From: Chloroflexota bacterium
GTDB lineage: Bacteria; Chloroflexota; Limnocylindria; Limnocylindrales; CSP1-4
Direction: 5' to 3'
DNA length: 26,748 nt
Assembly (NCBI GenBank): GCA_043797725.1
Contig: JAZDPM010000025.1
Location: 1 to 26,748 of the forward strand
Made by a program: the position numbers and the translations under genes. Below are positions 26,111 through 26,748 of this stretch, piece by piece. How positions within the stretch are numbered: position 1 is the stretch's first letter; each line of letters begins with the position of its first letter. A model generated the notes under the pieces. That model saw only the letters and a program-made list of their open reading frames with translations. It did not search any database and was not told the origin of the DNA.

Positions 26111-26748
26111 ATGTTCATCATCGGCGAACGAATCAACGGGATGTTCCGCTCGGTCGCGCGGGCGATCGCCGAGCGCGACGAGGCCGCCATCGCCGACCTT
26201 GCCCGGCGCCAGGTGGAGGCCGGCGCCCACGCCCTGGACGTCAACACCGGGCCCACCGAGGGCGACCCCGTCGAGGTGATGCGCTGGCTGGTCGAAGCCA
26301 TCCAGGCCGCCGTGGACGTTCCGCTCGCGATCGACAGCCCGAAGCCCCCCGTGGTCGAGGCCGGGCTCCGTGCTGCCCGTCGCCCGGCCATCATCAACTC
26401 GACGACCGGGGCCCAGGCGAAGCTGGACACGATGCTGCCGCTGGCGGCAACCTACAACGCGAGCCTCATCGGCCTCACGATCGACGAGCGCGGGATTCCC
26501 CGGAACGCCGAGGCCCGCGCGGAGATCGCCCTGACGATCGTGGCCCGGGCCCTGGAGGCGGGCATCGAGCCCGATCGGCTCTACCTGGACCCCATCGTGC
26601 TGCCGGTGAGCGCGGCCCAGGACCAGTGCGCGGCCGCGCTCAAGGCGATTCCGGCCTTCCGGTCGCTGTGCGACCCGTCGCCGCGAATCGCGATCGGCCT
26701 GAGCAACGTGTCCCAGGGAACGGCCAACCGGAGCCTGGTCAACCGGAC
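26111..26748 (+). CDS. acsE: Methyltetrahydrofolate:corrinoid/iron-sulfur protein methyltransferase (partial, runs off the right edge)
   Basis: Not in the ORF track; translated by hand: MFIIGERINGMF...RRQVEAGAHALDVNTGP...PLAIDSP...AIINSTTG...LIGLTIDERGIP...LYLDPIVLPV...IGLSNVSQG...RSLVNR (pterin-binding TIM barrel). Starts 2 nt after the acsD stop. Confidence 0.95.
   Translation, partial: MFIIGERINGMFRSVARAIAERDEAAIADLARRQVEAGAHALDVNTGPTEGDPVEVMRWLVEAIQAAVDVPLAIDSPKPPVVEAGLRAARRPAIINSTTGAQAKLDTMLPLAATYNASLIGLTIDERGIPRNAEARAEIALTIVARALEAGIEPDRLYLDPIVLPVSAAQDQCAAALKAIPAFRSLCDPSPRIAIGLSNVSQGTANRSLVNR

Noticed and set aside
329-26430. Many long antisense or alternate-frame ORFs (e.g. 11540-14320 -, 18203-20620 -, 5048-6610 +, 6898-8403 +, 20383-22293 -)
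   Set aside because: They fully overlap well-supported genes and show no motifs. This is the expected artefact of very GC-rich coding DNA.
15453-26748. Selenocysteine/pyrrolysine read-through or programmed frameshifts in the acs genes
   Set aside because: All genes reach family-typical lengths with Cys at the ligand positions, and no in-frame stop interrupts a domain.

Overview
Very GC-rich bacterial DNA (about 70% or more by eye, not computed) with no mobile element, tRNA/rRNA or CRISPR array that I can see. Left half, minus strand: a family-5 peptide/nickel-type ABC importer (oppA-oppB-oppC, running off the left edge), an ECF sigma factor with a zinc-binding (ZAS) membrane anti-sigma, a glycine cleavage operon (leaderless 107-aa ORF, Nudix, gcvT-gcvH-gcvPA-gcvPB) and a Rossmann/DUF2520 (PanG-like) reductase. 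Plus strand: aconitase A, a membrane-anchored papain-fold (C39-like) protein, then a tightly coupled operon of at least 11.3 kb encoding the carbonyl branch of the Wood-Ljungdahl pathway with its maturation factors: cooC1-cooS(acsA)-acsB-acsC-acsV-cooC2-DUF3786-acsD-acsE (acsE cut by the right edge). The metal-ligand motifs I could check are intact. The style of the flanking genes suggests a high-GC Chloroflexota host, possibly Limnocylindria-like; this is inference and an Actinomycetota host is not excluded. The main items of interest are the CODH/ACS system in such a host, its proximity to the glycine cleavage system, a Phe-to-Tyr change at the AcsB active-site gate, the coupled DUF3786 gene, and several unexplained small elements.
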